Below the pieces are notes generated by a model. That model searched no databases, was not told the origin of the DNA, and saw nothing but the letters and a program-made list of their open reading frames with translations. A stretch of DNA of 64,000 nucleotides from Glaucostegus cemiculus. Its lineage: Eukaryota. The first letter of the stretch is position 1. The number at the start of each line of letters is the position of its first letter. Below are positions 50,501 through 64,000 of this stretch, piece after piece. Location of the stretch: contig CDPCPM010000056.1 of NCBI GenBank assembly GCA_976551045.1, positions 17,546,001-17,610,000 on the forward strand, read 5' to 3'. The translations under genes and the position numbers were made by a program.

Positions 50501-52124
50501 TGGCCAAAACTTGTTCAAAAATTTAGCCAAATTCTGCAGGAAAGCAATTGTGTCCTTATACAGTTCAATACATACAGCTGCCAATAATTACCCAACTGAT
50601 CCGGGTGTAATTTCCTGACTTTCCTCTTGTGCTCAAGGTAAGGGATATTAGTGCTGGGTAATGAAAAGATTCCATTTTCAAACACCATTTAGTGTCATTA
50701 TCAAGCACACCAAGGTCCGAATCAACACTGATGGATGGAGAGAAAAGATCCCTCTACTCTACCAACATGCCTCAACTCTGAAAGATCACCCTTAACTCCA
50801 CCCCCACCGCCACCCCCAAGACACACCCACCCAATGTACTATTCTTAATTTAGCAGACCAATCACTCTACCTGCCTTTTTGTCAGTTTGCCAGTGTAGTA
50901 TTTGGGCTGTTTTCTATGTAGCTACTCAGAACAAGAGTGAAGCTAGAGACATCCAAAATCAGTCTGAGGTGGATATAAATACAGGTGCGTGAAATGAATA
51001 TCCACTGTCCACACCGCATTACCACTCCCTTTTCATGATTCCAATGTATCAATCCAGCCTTATTTATCTTGTTACAGAATATGCTTTTAGAACATAGTAA
51101 TTAAACACTAAATTCCAGTCTAATAGTATAATAATTCTGAATGCTTTCTGTAGAAATATAAGTGGTCCTCTGCTAGATTTTACCAGGCCCCAATGTAAGA
51201 ATCTGATTGTTTTTCTTATTACTTTTTTTTAACATCCAACCTTCTGCGTTCATTTATAACAGATTGTAAAAGTCTTCCCACTTTTTAATGGCAAAGAAAT
51301 TGATCGTTGGAGGATTTACAGCTTTAACTTAAGTGAAGATCTAAAAAGGGATTAATGTAACTACACAATGGGATCATTGTAATTTGGAAACTAGTACAGG
51401 AACTGTTTCTATTGATTCAACTCCAAAAATTCAATTTTGAGACTCCATGACATTGTGATGTGAGGCTGTTCTCCAAACCCTTCTTTGCTGCAACTCACTA
51501 AAGAGAGGTTTTTGTACACCCCTTATCCACACCATTTTCCACTCTAATTGTAAACATTCAACTGAAACTACCTTTCTAATTGCAACTCCCTTCTAACTTT
51601 ACCTTATCATTACCCCTCGCTGACCATGCCACTTTGAAAACCTAGGTCTGATAGATGATTCTATTGCACCTTACTCCAAAGATACCTTGGGATATAATTT
51701 CAAGATTTGTGATATTAGATTTGATTTGCATTGAAGTGTTGTATACATTGAGATATTGTGCAACGAATTTGAGAAATTAAAGTGAAATGAATACCCAAAA
51801 TGGACGATATGACAAGGTTGAAAAGAAAGAAAAAGCTAGAGATAAATTTTATGCAAGTTTGGGCCTGAAAAGTTTGATGATTATAAAATTGAGAAATGAC
51901 ATTGGAAATAATAATTCCATTATTTTGTGATCCAGAATGAACTAGAATAATGAGTTTAAAGATTTTATAATGAATCTTGGTTTGAAATCAGCGAAGTTCC
52001 AGGAAGAATAGAACAAGAAGGAATAAGCAAGAAAAGTCAGAGGAATATTGTCCACAGCAATTAAAGGATTGTATTTTTAAAAAACTGATCTTGTGTCAAA
52101 TTTTGAAATTGCTAGAACTCTGAA

Positions 52125-52290
52125 TTATAAACAGGAAATATTGGAGACAGAAGGCACTTCATAAAGTATCTATAGAGAGAAAAACTTATTCCAGTTCTGG
52201 TGAAAGGTTAAAGACATGAAGTGTTAACTCTGTTTCCCTCTCCACTAATTCTGACTCACCTACTGAGTATTTCCAGCTTTTTCTGTTTCT
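52125..52290 (+). mobile_element. Highly degenerate Penelope fold-back or terminal repeat
   Basis: AGTT CTGGTGA...GAAGTGTT AACT...CTGAGTATTTCCAGCTTTTTCTGTTT, same family as 2170-2290. Confidence 0.5.
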
Positions 52291-55200
52291 ATGGCATAAT
52301 CATAGGTGTGATGCTGTGTAGGAGTACATTGCAATCGTACTTCAGGACATTGTTTTGTGATCTCGTTTACTAGTATTCCCAGGATGTTGCCCACTCACAA
52401 GTTTTCAACTTATTTTGTAATAGGGCATCATATACTGGTTAGTCAATGAACTGTGGATACTTTGTTGGAATGCATCATTACACATATTTGCAGTGTATCA
52501 AAATGTTCTAAGCGTAGTACTGTACAGTTTAACTTTATGATACATGTGTTTACATTGGGTTTTGCATTGAACCACGCAGGTGTGGATTAACATGACATAC
52601 CTCTATACATTTGAGTATTTTGTAGTTGTACATTTCAATACTGTGCTTGAAGTAGTGATACCCGCGTCCATTAGCATATCTTGGAGCCTCATGTTTGAAT
52701 TTGTATATGTGCTGAGTTAATAAAATGATTCATTTGCACTGATTTGATCAAAGCTTAGCTGGCTGTGATTGCCACCTGTTTAATCCATATTGAGTCAAAA
52801 TGTAATGCAAAAGTAATGTCAATTAGATAAATGTTTAAATGGAAACAAAGATTGCCTTAAATGCTGTTTATTAACATTTTCATAGGGAGAATGCACAGTA
52901 TCCAAACAGATTATTCAAACCAAATGATCTACTTCTTGCTTTTTAAAAATATATATCTTAGGTTCAAATATGAATTACAACAAAAATCTGACCTTCACAG
53001 TAGTTGAAGTGGTTCCAGACAGGAAGAATATTATTTGAAGAAATAGCATTCTAAAAAGTCAACAAAAGAAAAATTAAAAAGAGAACTCATCGTCCCCAGA
53101 AACAGATTGAGGTAGCCAGTGGAACATTTGATCATCGTCACCCTTTAAATGCTGATTCAGTTATATATTATTGAAGATATCATCCTGCGTAGAATCAGAC
53201 TTTACTGCCAAGGCTAACAATGTGTATGGGTAAATTAAATTGAAGAAACCATTCTATTTAGTGATTAAAAGTCATTTTTAACTGTGTAACACTGAGAAAT
53301 GGATGTAAGACAACCTGGTGTTAGGAGATAATTTCAACAAGCAATGAGATAAATTGAATCTGGAATCTTAGTCTTACTTGGATGCCTGGTCACCTTAGGT
53401 GGTTAAGTTGCCAGCAACACTTGAAATGTGATCAAGAATGCTTCAGTTCAGAGATTTCTACAAATCAGATCAGCTTAAAACACAGTCCACAACAGCTTAT
53501 TTTGTGGCATAGCTACTTAAGCTAAGCAATATTTAATATCTGCTACACAGATATTGCCATTAACCAGGCATATTATTTTTGGATAGATATGCAATAATGA
53601 TATTTTAATGAAGAATTTTCTTGCATGAATGCCAAAGGGCATCAAGGTATGGAACAAGCTTTTAGTAGACACTGTAATGATAGAACCAAAATAGAATCAA
53701 TTTGAATAAAGTCGATGAAATTAAAACTATCAATAACTAATGATGTCAAAACAGAAGGGATACTCTTCCAACAATAAAATGGGTCAATGGCTGATTTCTG
53801 TAGAACTAATAAATCACAAATAAAATAACAAACACCAACATTGCCTGATCCTGACCATCAGATGATCAATTACCGTTTTTTATAAATTCCATTAATGTCT
53901 TATTGAAAGAAAACTTCATACTACTGTAACTTAATCTCAAAGAATTTAATGATGCTATAATCACACCATTTAAACTCCTGAGCCAAATTACTAACTTATA
54001 AACAACTCACTACCTCAACAATTCACATTGATTGCATCACAATCATGAATTGTTCTGTGTGGGTTCTTCACAAATCATTTATATTGGCATCATTTAGCAT
54101 TGCTGTTTAATATTACCCTCAACCATTCTCCTATCACCTCCCTATTTAAAAAAAAGACTAAAAAAGAAATGAACGAATCAGTTCACATACACACCAGTAT
54201 GAATTATAATAGCCTGCAGTATTTTCAAAGCTCTGTATTTCAGACAGTTTTCAATCACTCAAGCTGTGCATGTTATCAGATTAGTGCATTAATGTGATTA
54301 TTATCTTGTGATCAATTGCAGTTATGCGCTATTCTTTATGTGAGCCTCCTCAACCTCCTAATTCCTACAGTCTTATGTTTAATGCAGTTCATTTATTATT
54401 TTAGTACTGAACCAAATAAACTTCAATTAAATTCCAGGGATAACAATTCCCTTGACTCCATCATGCTATGTATAAGCCACCTAAGCCCTTCACTTTATAT
54501 TACAGCTTGTTATGCATCCATAAGCGGTTTCAAATGTTCTTTGTATGAAGTTGGTAAAATGTGCCTTTCTTGGAGTGAAATTCACTTACAGGTCTGTTAT
54601 ATTTGACATGCTCCAAGCTGAATCACAGAGAATTGTTTTTAGTTCTTTCAATGCTTTAGATTCAATTTTATCCTTTTTCAAAGAATGTCACATACTTTCA
54701 AAAAATGGGAATGACTGTCCACTGGAATGGTAACAAGTAGAAAATGTTTTGATCCATTGAAATAATATTTCTGGAAGGATAGCAAATGGGTTGCTCTGTT
54801 GAAGTTATAGAATAGGAGAAAATCTCAAATAAATTGTTTTTCTGGTGAAATTATACGTAACAAACATAAACAGGAGAGCTTCTGTCCATTGAACTATATT
54901 TGCCTTTGGCTTTGATTAATACGGATCCGGCTTTATTTTGCATCAATTATACTGCCATATAAAAGTTTATGTACTTTCTCATGAAATGGTTAGAACTGTT
55001 CAGATCTTGAAAATCAAAAACAATGTTCACCTTAAACGTAGGAAATAAAGACAGGAAATGGAAAATCTATTGCCTATAATATATAGCAAAAACATCAGCA
55101 TTCAGTCCTATCCATAAAATATCTAAGTTTAATTACATATTTTTTGTTGCAAATTTATTTTTAAAAATTCTACGTAAATGTCCCATGGTAATTTTATCCT

Positions 55201-55864
55201 CCCACCAGTGTTGGAGCTATAATGTTTTGCTTTTTTAATGTCCAACTTCTTGGCCTGTTCAGATTGTAAATGGCATGCTTTAAACATCTTTTATTTTTCT
55301 GCTTTCAAAGTATAAGTTTTGCTATTTAGCTGTAAGTCATAATAGCCTGAAGAATGTATTTGATTTGATTCTTCATGTGGAGAACTGTGGCAAATCAGCT
55401 AGTATTTAATAACAAATAGATATGGGCATAAATAAATGACTTGCACATAAAGTAATAGTTAAGGTCACATCGTAAATAATGATGAACACATGAATATTAA
55501 GCCCAATCTTTTTAAAGTACTCCTAATGTCATTATATTCTTTCTAAGAACAGTCTAATATTCTAAATGATATCTCACCTCAGATCCAAAGTGTGATTAAA
55601 AATTGAATTCCTGGTTATTTTACTTTTGAATGCTATGCTCCTTATAAAGCAAAGAATATAATAAGTTTTAGCAATTTCTTTCACAATATGTCCTACAAAT
55701 TGCAGTATTATGATCTGTTATATTTGTTTATTTTCATCTGTGGGATGCAGATTTAAATCCCATCCATTCTAATGGGATGCTGTTTTTCCTCCTTATTGAT
55801 TATAGTGAAATACATTTGGAATTGTGTTAACCTGGCATCTAAGTGACACTCCACATCAACAAGA

Positions 55865-56120
55865 ATACAATAACACGAGAAAATAGCAGCAGGAGTTGAC
55901 CATCAGGTCCTTCAAGCCCGCCCTGCCACTCAATAGGATCGCGGGTGATCTATGCTGGTCTCAGCTCCTCTGCTGTGCCTGTCCCCATCACCCTCCATTT
56001 CTCAATCTTTCAAATATTTATCTCTGTCTATCTTAAATATATTTAATGATCAGGCCTCTACCACTTTCAGAGGCAGAGGATTTCAGAGATTCACCCCCTC
56101 TGAGAGAAGAAATTTCTGCA
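55865..56120 (-). mobile_element. CR1 3' end
   Basis: AGCAGGAGTTGACCATCAGGTCCTTCAAGCCCGCCCTGCCACTCAATAGGATC is a reverse CR1 tail. Confidence 0.75.
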
Positions 56121-56169
56121 TACTATCCACAAAATCTAAAGCAAATTGGCATTAAACCGACAAAATCTG

Positions 56170-58000
56170 TATTCATTGCCCATTCCTAATTGTCTCTGAG
56201 GAGGCAGTGATGAACCATTTTCATGAACTGTTGCAGTTTGTGTGATGAAAAGTGCAACTACTTTGTTTAGGTTCACTTGCATGATCGAGGTGCCACTGAC
56301 AAGGCGAACATTTGTTGCCCATTCTTAGATGCCCTTGAGTCATGGCAATCCTTGTAGTGAAAATACCTGCACAGTGCTATTGGGCAGAGAGTTCAGGATT
56401 AAAATCCAGTGATGATGGAGGACCAAGTCAGGATTGTGTACAACTTGGAGGTGAATCTACAGCTGTGGTGTTGCCATGCACCTGTTGTCCTTGTCCTACT
56501 TGACAATAGAGTTCATGGGTTTGGGAAGCGCTGTTAGAGCAGCCTGGGTAAGTAAATGAAGCTCATTTTGCTGATGACACACACTGCAGCCACTGTACAC
56601 AGTGGTGGAGGGAATGAATGCTTAGGGAGGTTCATGGATGTCAATTAAGTGCCGTGCTTAATCCTGAATGGTGTCAAGTTTTTGTGAGTTGTTAGCACTG
56701 CTGTTATCCAGGCAGATGGAAAGTATTCCACCACATTTCTGACTTATGCCTTCTAGAGAGTGGAAATACCTAGGGGTGACAGGAGGGAAGTTGTTAATTG
56801 CAGGATACTCAGCCTCTGGTCTGCTCTTGTAGCCAGAGCATTTATGTAGCCAGCCCAGTTGAGTTTCTGGTTATTGGTGACTTCTAGGATATTGTTATTG
56901 GGGTTTCAGTGATTTGTAATGCCAAGGGTCTCACTGGAAATGGTCGTTGCTGGCACTTTTGTGGTATAAGTGTTACTTGTTGTTCCAGCCCATGTCTGAA
57001 GCAGCTAATGATGCTTGGGCCTAGGACACTGCCCCGAGGAACTCCTGAAATGATGTCCTGGGACTGTAATGAATAACCATAACCATGATCCTTTGCACAA
57101 ATGACGACTCCAACCACTGGAGTGTTTTTCCCTTGATACCCTGGCTTGACTTTAGTTTTACCAGGGCCCCTTTGAGGCCATTCTCAGTCAAATGCTGCCT
57201 TAATGTAATTCTCATCTCATTTTGAATTCAGCTCTTTGGCCTTGGGTAGTAAGTTCCTATATTTAAACCCAGTGATGATCAAGGAAGCGATGTGTTCCCA
57301 GGTAAAGATTACATGTCACGTTGGAGAATTTGCAGGGATTGTGTAATGAATTGATCTGTATGACCAGTATGCAAGACAAGCTTTTCACTGTACCTCAGTA
57401 CATGTGACATTAATAAAGCACTTTACCAATTTAAATTTGGGAAGTGTTGTAAAGGAAGTCTTGGTGAAATGCTGCACCGTATTTTATAGATCATACTTAT
57501 TGTGGCTATGGGTACATTGGTGGAAGATCAGATGCTAATCATGTAGGCTGCTAAATCCTGAATAAATCCTGTTGACTTTAAGTATTGTTGAAGTTGCTGT
57601 CATCCAAGCAGGTGAAGAGTATTCCATCAGCTCCTGATTTCTGCCTTCTGGACAGTGGAAACGGAGGAGCTGAGCTTCAGAATGTCCAGACTCTGACCTT
57701 CTCTTAAGGCAAGAATATTTACATGGCTGGGGTCCAGTTGTTATTGGTCAGTCATGACATCCAGCGTGTTTAAGGTCAAGTAGTTAATGACTGTAATATC
57801 ATGGGGAGGTGGGTAGACTTTTATTTGTTCAGGATGGTTATTATCTACATTGTATCAAAAAAAAACACAGCAGCACACAATACTTTCCATAAAACCTTGA
57901 CTTTTTGGTTGCAAATTTATGAAATCATTGGTACTAGAGTAATGTGAATATTACATGCCATTTAGCAGCTCATGGTTGAATATAGCCCAGGTCTTATCTG
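56170..58000 (-). mobile_element. Cluster of old LINE ORF2 remnants
   Basis: Peptides QDIISGVPRGSVLGPSIISCF and GALVKLKSSQGIKGKTLQWLES. Confidence 0.7.
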
Positions 58001-58324
58001 GGACACTTGTTATTTGTGATATATATTAATGACTCGGATGTGAACGTAGAAGGAATAATTTGTAAGTTTATGGATGACACAAAAGTTCATGGTGTTGTGG
58101 ATAGCCAGTAAGGTTATCTAAGGCTACAGGAGGATACAGGCCATACCCAGGTAATGAATGGGTTCCATTTTTACAGATTAGCACAAGTCAATTTGGTTCG
58201 TAATTTGAAAAATACACAAAAATCATTTGATATGGTAACCACACCTCTGCAGTATAATGAATGTCATAAAAGCACATAAGACTGATAATTAAGAACAATT
58301 ACTAAAATAATTACTGAGTTGTTG

Positions 58325-58600
58325 CTTCTTGATGTTACTTTGGGCTTCATGGGAATGATGGAAGAGACCAAAGATGGTGAAGTTGGAGAGGGATGCAGAA
58401 TTAAAATGAGAAGCAACTGGAAGCTCAGGGTCACCCTTGCAGACTCAATGAAGGTGCTCTGCAAAGTTCAGGTGAAGGATCTTGACCCAAAATGTCGATG
58501 GTCCATTTCCCTCTACAGATGCTGCCCGACCCGCTAAATTCCTCCAGCAGTTTGATTTTTTTTTGCTCCAGATTCCAGCAACTACAGTTTCTTCTGTCTC
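58325..58600. mobile_element. Penelope fragment: minus-strand endonuclease end joined to a plus-strand terminal repeat
   Basis: Minus ~58350-58465 translates FAEHLH*VCKGDPELPVASHFNSASLSNFTIFGLFH. Plus 58469-58600 carries CAGGTGAAGGATCTTGACCCAAAATGTCGA...CAGATGCTGCCCGACCCGCT. Confidence 0.7.
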
Positions 58601-61600
58601 CTATTCTGCAAAGTTGTCACCCTGTCGGCGTTTTGGCAACATTTTCCAGCACATGGCTGATGAGAAGTAATCGGCTAGATTGGCTTTGTTGTGCTTTTTA
58701 CAGGTTGTACACACGTGTGGCATTTTCCACATTAATGGGTGTATGCCAGTTCTGTAACCACACAGGGACAACTTGGCTAGAGGCACAGCAAGGTCTGAAG
58801 GACAAATCTTCACCATGGCAGTTGGGATGTTTTTAGGTCTTCTGGACTTTTCTGTAACTGTTGCTCTCAGTTGCTTCCTGATATCGTGTGAAGTTAAATC
58901 AGCTAGTGACTGGCTATGGTGGTGGTGATGGTGGGGATCTCAGAAGGAGGCCAAGATAGATCACCCACTTGGCACTTGTGGCTGAAGATGGTTGGAAACA
59001 ATTCAGCCTTGCCTTTGGCATTAGGTACATCGGACTGAGGATCAGGATGTTTTATTCACTTAACATTTCAGCAAGGGTGGATTGCCCACAAAGGATTAAC
59101 AACATTTTTTTTGTCAAAAGTAAAAATATTAGTAGAATTTAAAGCAGCATCAAACTTAAAAGGTCAAGCTAAGGCAGCAACAATTTAATACAAAGCAGAA
59201 AGTCTCACATGGAACTTTTTGCAAACAGGATCAATGCCACACTGCATTTAGCTGAGCCAATAAAATCCTCTCTGATCTCCTTGCTCATGGAGTGCCACTG
59301 GATATTATGCTATGGCAACTGAACAACAACAGGAGAGTCATGTTTCCCGCTGGCCTCAACTGAAACCCATCAATACTGCCACTGGGCGAGTGCAACATAT
59401 TTGGCTGCTTAATGAAATATAAAGATTATTTTAAGCACTGTAAGCAGAATTCGACAGCCTGAAAAACAGAGCCTCCACTTGACAAATGCATTTGTAATTT
59501 AAAAAATGCTGTATAGGTTCTTTTCTATAATTGATTTATGTATTTCTTAAAAAGGAACTTAAACATGAGCAAGAACTGCTTAGTATCAGTGAACATTGTA
59601 ACAAATACTACTAAACCCTGAAGCTACAGTCACAGCAAAGCTTTCTGATGTCCAGCATTGCAACTCTTTTCAAAGAGATTTATTTCCCACCACATTAGCT
59701 GATTTATTGTAAATTGGAGACAGCCGCCAGCTTAAGCATGAGAGTGCTGGACTCCCAGCTAAGATGGAACACTAGTTTGAATTAGTGATGCATTCGCAAT
59801 TTGTTCAACAAACATATTTCTATTTTCCATTAAAGTTGTTCATGCCTCATTTGTATATTGTGCATTTCAGTGCATGATAGTGGAATAAGCTAAATCAGCA
59901 TGATAGTCTTTTCTCATTATTGCCTATTTTAGTGACCTAGATGGCTTCTACTCTTGCTTAAAATTCTTTCTTACTCCTGTTAAGTTTTACTTGGGTAACA
60001 AACATTTCCTTGGATGGGAAATCTGGCCAGCTACTTCAGGCACTTCTCCTGCAATGTTTTGCAAGTGGCCATGAACAGGTACATGAGGAAGCACCTGGGA
60101 TATTTTGCTGACTGCTTTGATCAGATATTCAATGCATATCCTCACATGTACAGTACTAACAAAACCACAACTGAATCCCACCAACATAATACACAGGATG
60201 TTGATGCACGAAAATGAACATAACTATCACTTAACAGTTTTTGTTTTCTTAAACCAAGTTTGACATAGTCTCTCATCAATGAAAATAATCATAAGATGTT
60301 CTCAGGGAGATCTCTAGTCGCTGTCAAACTTTTGGCTGAGGGTATTGTTATAAGTTGAACTAGTTTGTAAAAGCTTGTGGAGGTAATTGGCAAAGATATA
60401 TCTGAATTAACCATGAGCAGTTTTAAGCATTTTATCTTCAAACAGAAATTCCTGAACTTGGGAGCGTTCAATAAGCAAATAAGCAACGGCTCTAATTTAT
60501 GACAGATAAGTTGCAGGGTAATGTTATCTTTTTCCGTGAAAGAATAGATTAAGAACCAGATGATCTACTGCCAAAGCAATGGATGTTAAATCAATCAGAT
60601 AATTGGTTAGGAAGCTTGGTATTAACTGATAGAATCAAATACTTACTGGAAAGTTGTATTGCTCTGTAACTGCAAAGAGAAGGACTTTACCTCATTTACT
60701 TATAAAACTCTCCATTATTCAACACAGGATCTCTGCATATCACAACTGCTCTATGCAATTTATCACCAAGACTCCTATATTTTCTCCATAATATCTATCC
60801 CATGGCTTCTTAAAGAGTTTTGCATCATAATTCTATATTGGCCAGATTTTAGTTTGTACTCATGAAACTATCAGCATCGCTTTTATTAAATGGGAATCTA
60901 ACTGACACATCCATATTCCAGAAGTTACATCCAAACACAGAAATTCAGATGCTGTTGTCAGTGATACCCTGCTCCTCCTCATGGTGCACTGTTTTACAAC
61001 CTTCCCAGGGAAGGCTACAGAAACATGTGCACTGATGAGAACTTCAGATATTCCTAAACTATTCTCAGTGTAAATACCCTGAAAATGTTGCACTCTGCTC
61101 TGTGTGTAAGTGAATTTTTTATTGCATGGTAAACTATAAATGCTACTTAACAAACTCCTGATAAAAAAAATTGCACATATGAATTGCATTTATTCTCAAA
61201 TAAGTAATATTAAAAATATTTTTTTAAGATTTATCATATTGCCATTTCTACTTTAATTTAATATGTATTTTCCAGTATTTGCACTATGTAGAAAATTTAG
61301 TATGTTGTTAAAATTGTGCTTTTGACTTCCTAGTGTATCGAGTATTCAACCAGCTTGAACACATCATTGATGCTGAACACTAGAGCTCTCTTAGAAATGT
61401 TGCCTAACAGCAAATAATGCAAAACTTTAATCTATTACATCTGTTCATGGCAATGAAAGAATTTATAATAAAGAAGGCATTTATAACTTTTTATTACAGA
61501 TAATACAGTGCAAATCTGGCAGAACTTTAAACAATGATTATTACTGAGTTAATGCTGACTGCATAAGTCAAGAGCCATGGCTGCAATAACTGATTTTACT

Positions 61601-61729
61601 CTATTTTTTTTTGTTTTGCTTGGGAGGAGCTTTTTAAACCAGACTCATTGCCCCCTCGGAGAACCATAGAAAGATACCGCACATTAGGAGACTTCTTATA
61701 CTTATTCACTTTGCAGGATCAACCCAATC

Positions 61730-62500
61730 TTTGGCATGGCCACCATTTATTGCCCACCTTTAAACGACTTTGAGAAAGTTGTGATAAGCCACTTCGTTGA
61801 ACTGCTGCAATCCCTCTGGTGAAGATATTCCCAATTTGCAGTCGAGACAGAAGTTCCCCTTATTTAGAACTTGCAATCTTGAAGGAATGGGGATAGAGTT
61901 CCAAGTCAGGAAGGTGGACAGCTTGGAAGTGGACATGCAAGTAATGGCATTCCTACATACCTAAAGCACTTGCCCTTCTTGGTGATAGGTATTGCAGGTT
62001 TGGAAGGTGCTGTTATATTTGTTGGGCAAGGAAACTGAGGTGAATTTTATAGAAGGTACGCACTGCAGTGACTGGAAATTGGTGGCAGAGGGAAGGAATA
62101 TTTAGAGTGGTGGATGGAATTCTGATCAAGTGGGCTGCTTTTTCTCAAGTGTTGCTGGAGTGACATTTATCTAGACATGTGAAGAATGTTCCATCACACG
62201 TGTAAAATTATGTCTTGTAGATAGTGGAAAGACTTTGGGGTGTCAGGAGGTAAGTTGCATGCTACAGGATACCCAGTCTCTGATTTTTTTTCCTCTTGTA
62301 ACCACAGTATTTGTATGGCTAGTCCAATTGTGTTTCTGGTCAATAGTCACTTCCAGGATGCTGACTAAGGGGGTTTTGGTCATGATAATGCCATTGAGTG
62401 TCAAGGATAGTTGGTTAGACTCTCCTTTGTTAGAGATGTTCATTGCCTGGCCCTTCTATAGTGTGAATGTTGCTTGCCACTTATCAACCCATCCTTTGGA
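61730..62500 (-). mobile_element. Old LINE 3' remnant, family of 56170-57240
   Basis: Colinear with 56.3-56.98 kb. Peptide LSLTLNGIIMTKTPLVSILEVTIDQKHNWTSHTNTV. Confidence 0.65.
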
Positions 62501-63109
62501 ACATCAGTCCATTTAGCTCCATTCCCCTGCTCTGCCTCCACAGCCCTGCAAGCATTTCCATTTGTGCATTTATCCAATTCCCTTTTGAAAGCTACCTTTA
62601 AATCTGCTTCCATCCCCCTTTCAGTGTATGCATTAGAGATAATCAGAATGTGACACATTAAAGTTTTCTTCCTCTTGCCTTTGGTTCCTCTGCCTTAATT
62701 TTTTGTCCCCTGCTCACTGACCCTTTGCTACTGGAAATTATGTAAATAAATCTTCCATGTTTCTGAACATATTTTTTTAAATTTCCCCTTAATATTTACT
62801 GCTCTAACCAGTACAGTTAAAGCTTTACCAATCTCTCCAGCATAACAGTAGTCCTGTCATCATACTATTCTAGAAAATCTTCTTCATTGCTTTCTTCAAG
62901 TTTTGACATCACGTTCCAAGTTCTGATATCTGATCGTTGCAACACTAGGGCTTAACATAACTTGCTTGCTTTTGAGTTGAATGACTCAAGTTTTAAACCT
63001 AGGAATCTTGCAGGTTTTTTAACAGAAGTCTCAATTTATCTTGCCAAAGTTTTGTGTGTGTGCACCTGTAAATCATTCTGTCCCTCATCCCTTTTAATAT
63101 TTTATATGG

Positions 63110-64000
63110 ATCCATAGAGTTGTACAGCATAGAAACAGGCCCTTCAACCGTTGTGTCTATGCCAACTATCATGCCCATCTCTACTAATCATACCTGCCTG
63201 CATTAGTTCCATATCCCTCTATGCTTTGCTCATTTAGTAACAGTATTGTTACTGTTCCTCCACCACCTCCTCTGGCAGCTCATTCCAGATATCAATTACT
63301 CTGTGTGGGGAAAAAAAATGTGCCCTCAGATCCCCTTTAAACCTCTCACGTTAAATCTGGTTTAAGATGCCCCTAACATGGAAAACATATTCTGACTATT
63401 TACCCTATCTATGCCCCTCGTGATTTTATATATCTCTATCATGTCACCTCTCAGCCTTCTTTGTTGCAGGGAAAACAGACCCAGACTATCCAATCGCTCC
63501 TTATTATTCAAGTCCTCCAATCCAGGCAATATCCTGCTGAATCTTTTCTGCACCCTCTCTAGGTTAATCATATCTTTCCTGTAGTGTGGCAACCAAAACT
63601 GCAATCAATACTTCAAGTTTGGTCCAACTAACACTTTGTGCAACCGTATCATGATGTACCAACTCGTTGCATCAGCCAGTGATGGCAAGTATGCCTTATG
63701 CCTTCTTTACCACCCAGTCCATCCATGCTACCCCTTTCAGGGAATTATGTACTTGTAGGTAACTTATATTTTATGTAAGGTCACTCTGTTCAAATAGGAC
63801 CCTGCCATTCACTGTGTATGCCATTCACTGCCATTCTCTATTCACCTGCCCTGGTTTAACTTCCCAAAATGCATCCCTTCACACTTGTTGAAGGTAAGTT
63901 GCATCTCCATCCCCTTGCCCACTTTCCTAGTTGTTTTAGAACCTCAGACAACCTTCTTCACTCTTGACTACACCACCAATTTTGGTGCCATTTGTGAACT
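63110..64000 (-). mobile_element. CR1-type LINE, runs off the window end; an older CR1 lies at ~62500-63100
   Basis: ORF 63362-63604 encodes QFWLPHYRKDMINLERVQKRFSRILPGLEDLNNKERLDSLGLFSLQQRRLRGDMIEIYKITRGIDRV. Confidence 0.9.

Noticed and set aside
1-64000. Prokaryotic-type systems (CRISPR arrays, operons), rRNA or true tRNA genes
   Set aside because: I saw no regularly spaced repeat-spacer array or gene-dense region. The tRNA-like sequence at 6904 is a SINE head.

Overview
AT-rich vertebrate genomic DNA, most likely an elasmobranch (shark or ray). The evidence is HE1/V-SINEs, a Deu-domain SINE relic, many CR1-type LINE fragments, and RTE and Penelope remnants. No protein-coding gene could be recognised by family. 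The flanks (1-13.5 kb and 42.5-64 kb) are CpG-depleted and full of decayed retroelements. The middle (~13.5-42.4 kb) is a ~29 kb CpG-retaining domain with promoter-like segments, exon-like segments with good splice sites, and homeodomain-motif-rich blocks, consistent with a regulatory or lncRNA locus. The most notable observations are: (i) short Penelope-derived fold-back elements with hammerhead-ribozyme-like cores, one flanked by a 13-bp direct repeat; (ii) an orphan 356-codon ORF bracketed by a 64-bp direct repeat; (iii) a ~350-bp inverted-repeat element at the edge of the CpG domain; (iv) speculative small spliced ORFs. Repeat boundaries are approximate and were read by eye. No database searches were run.
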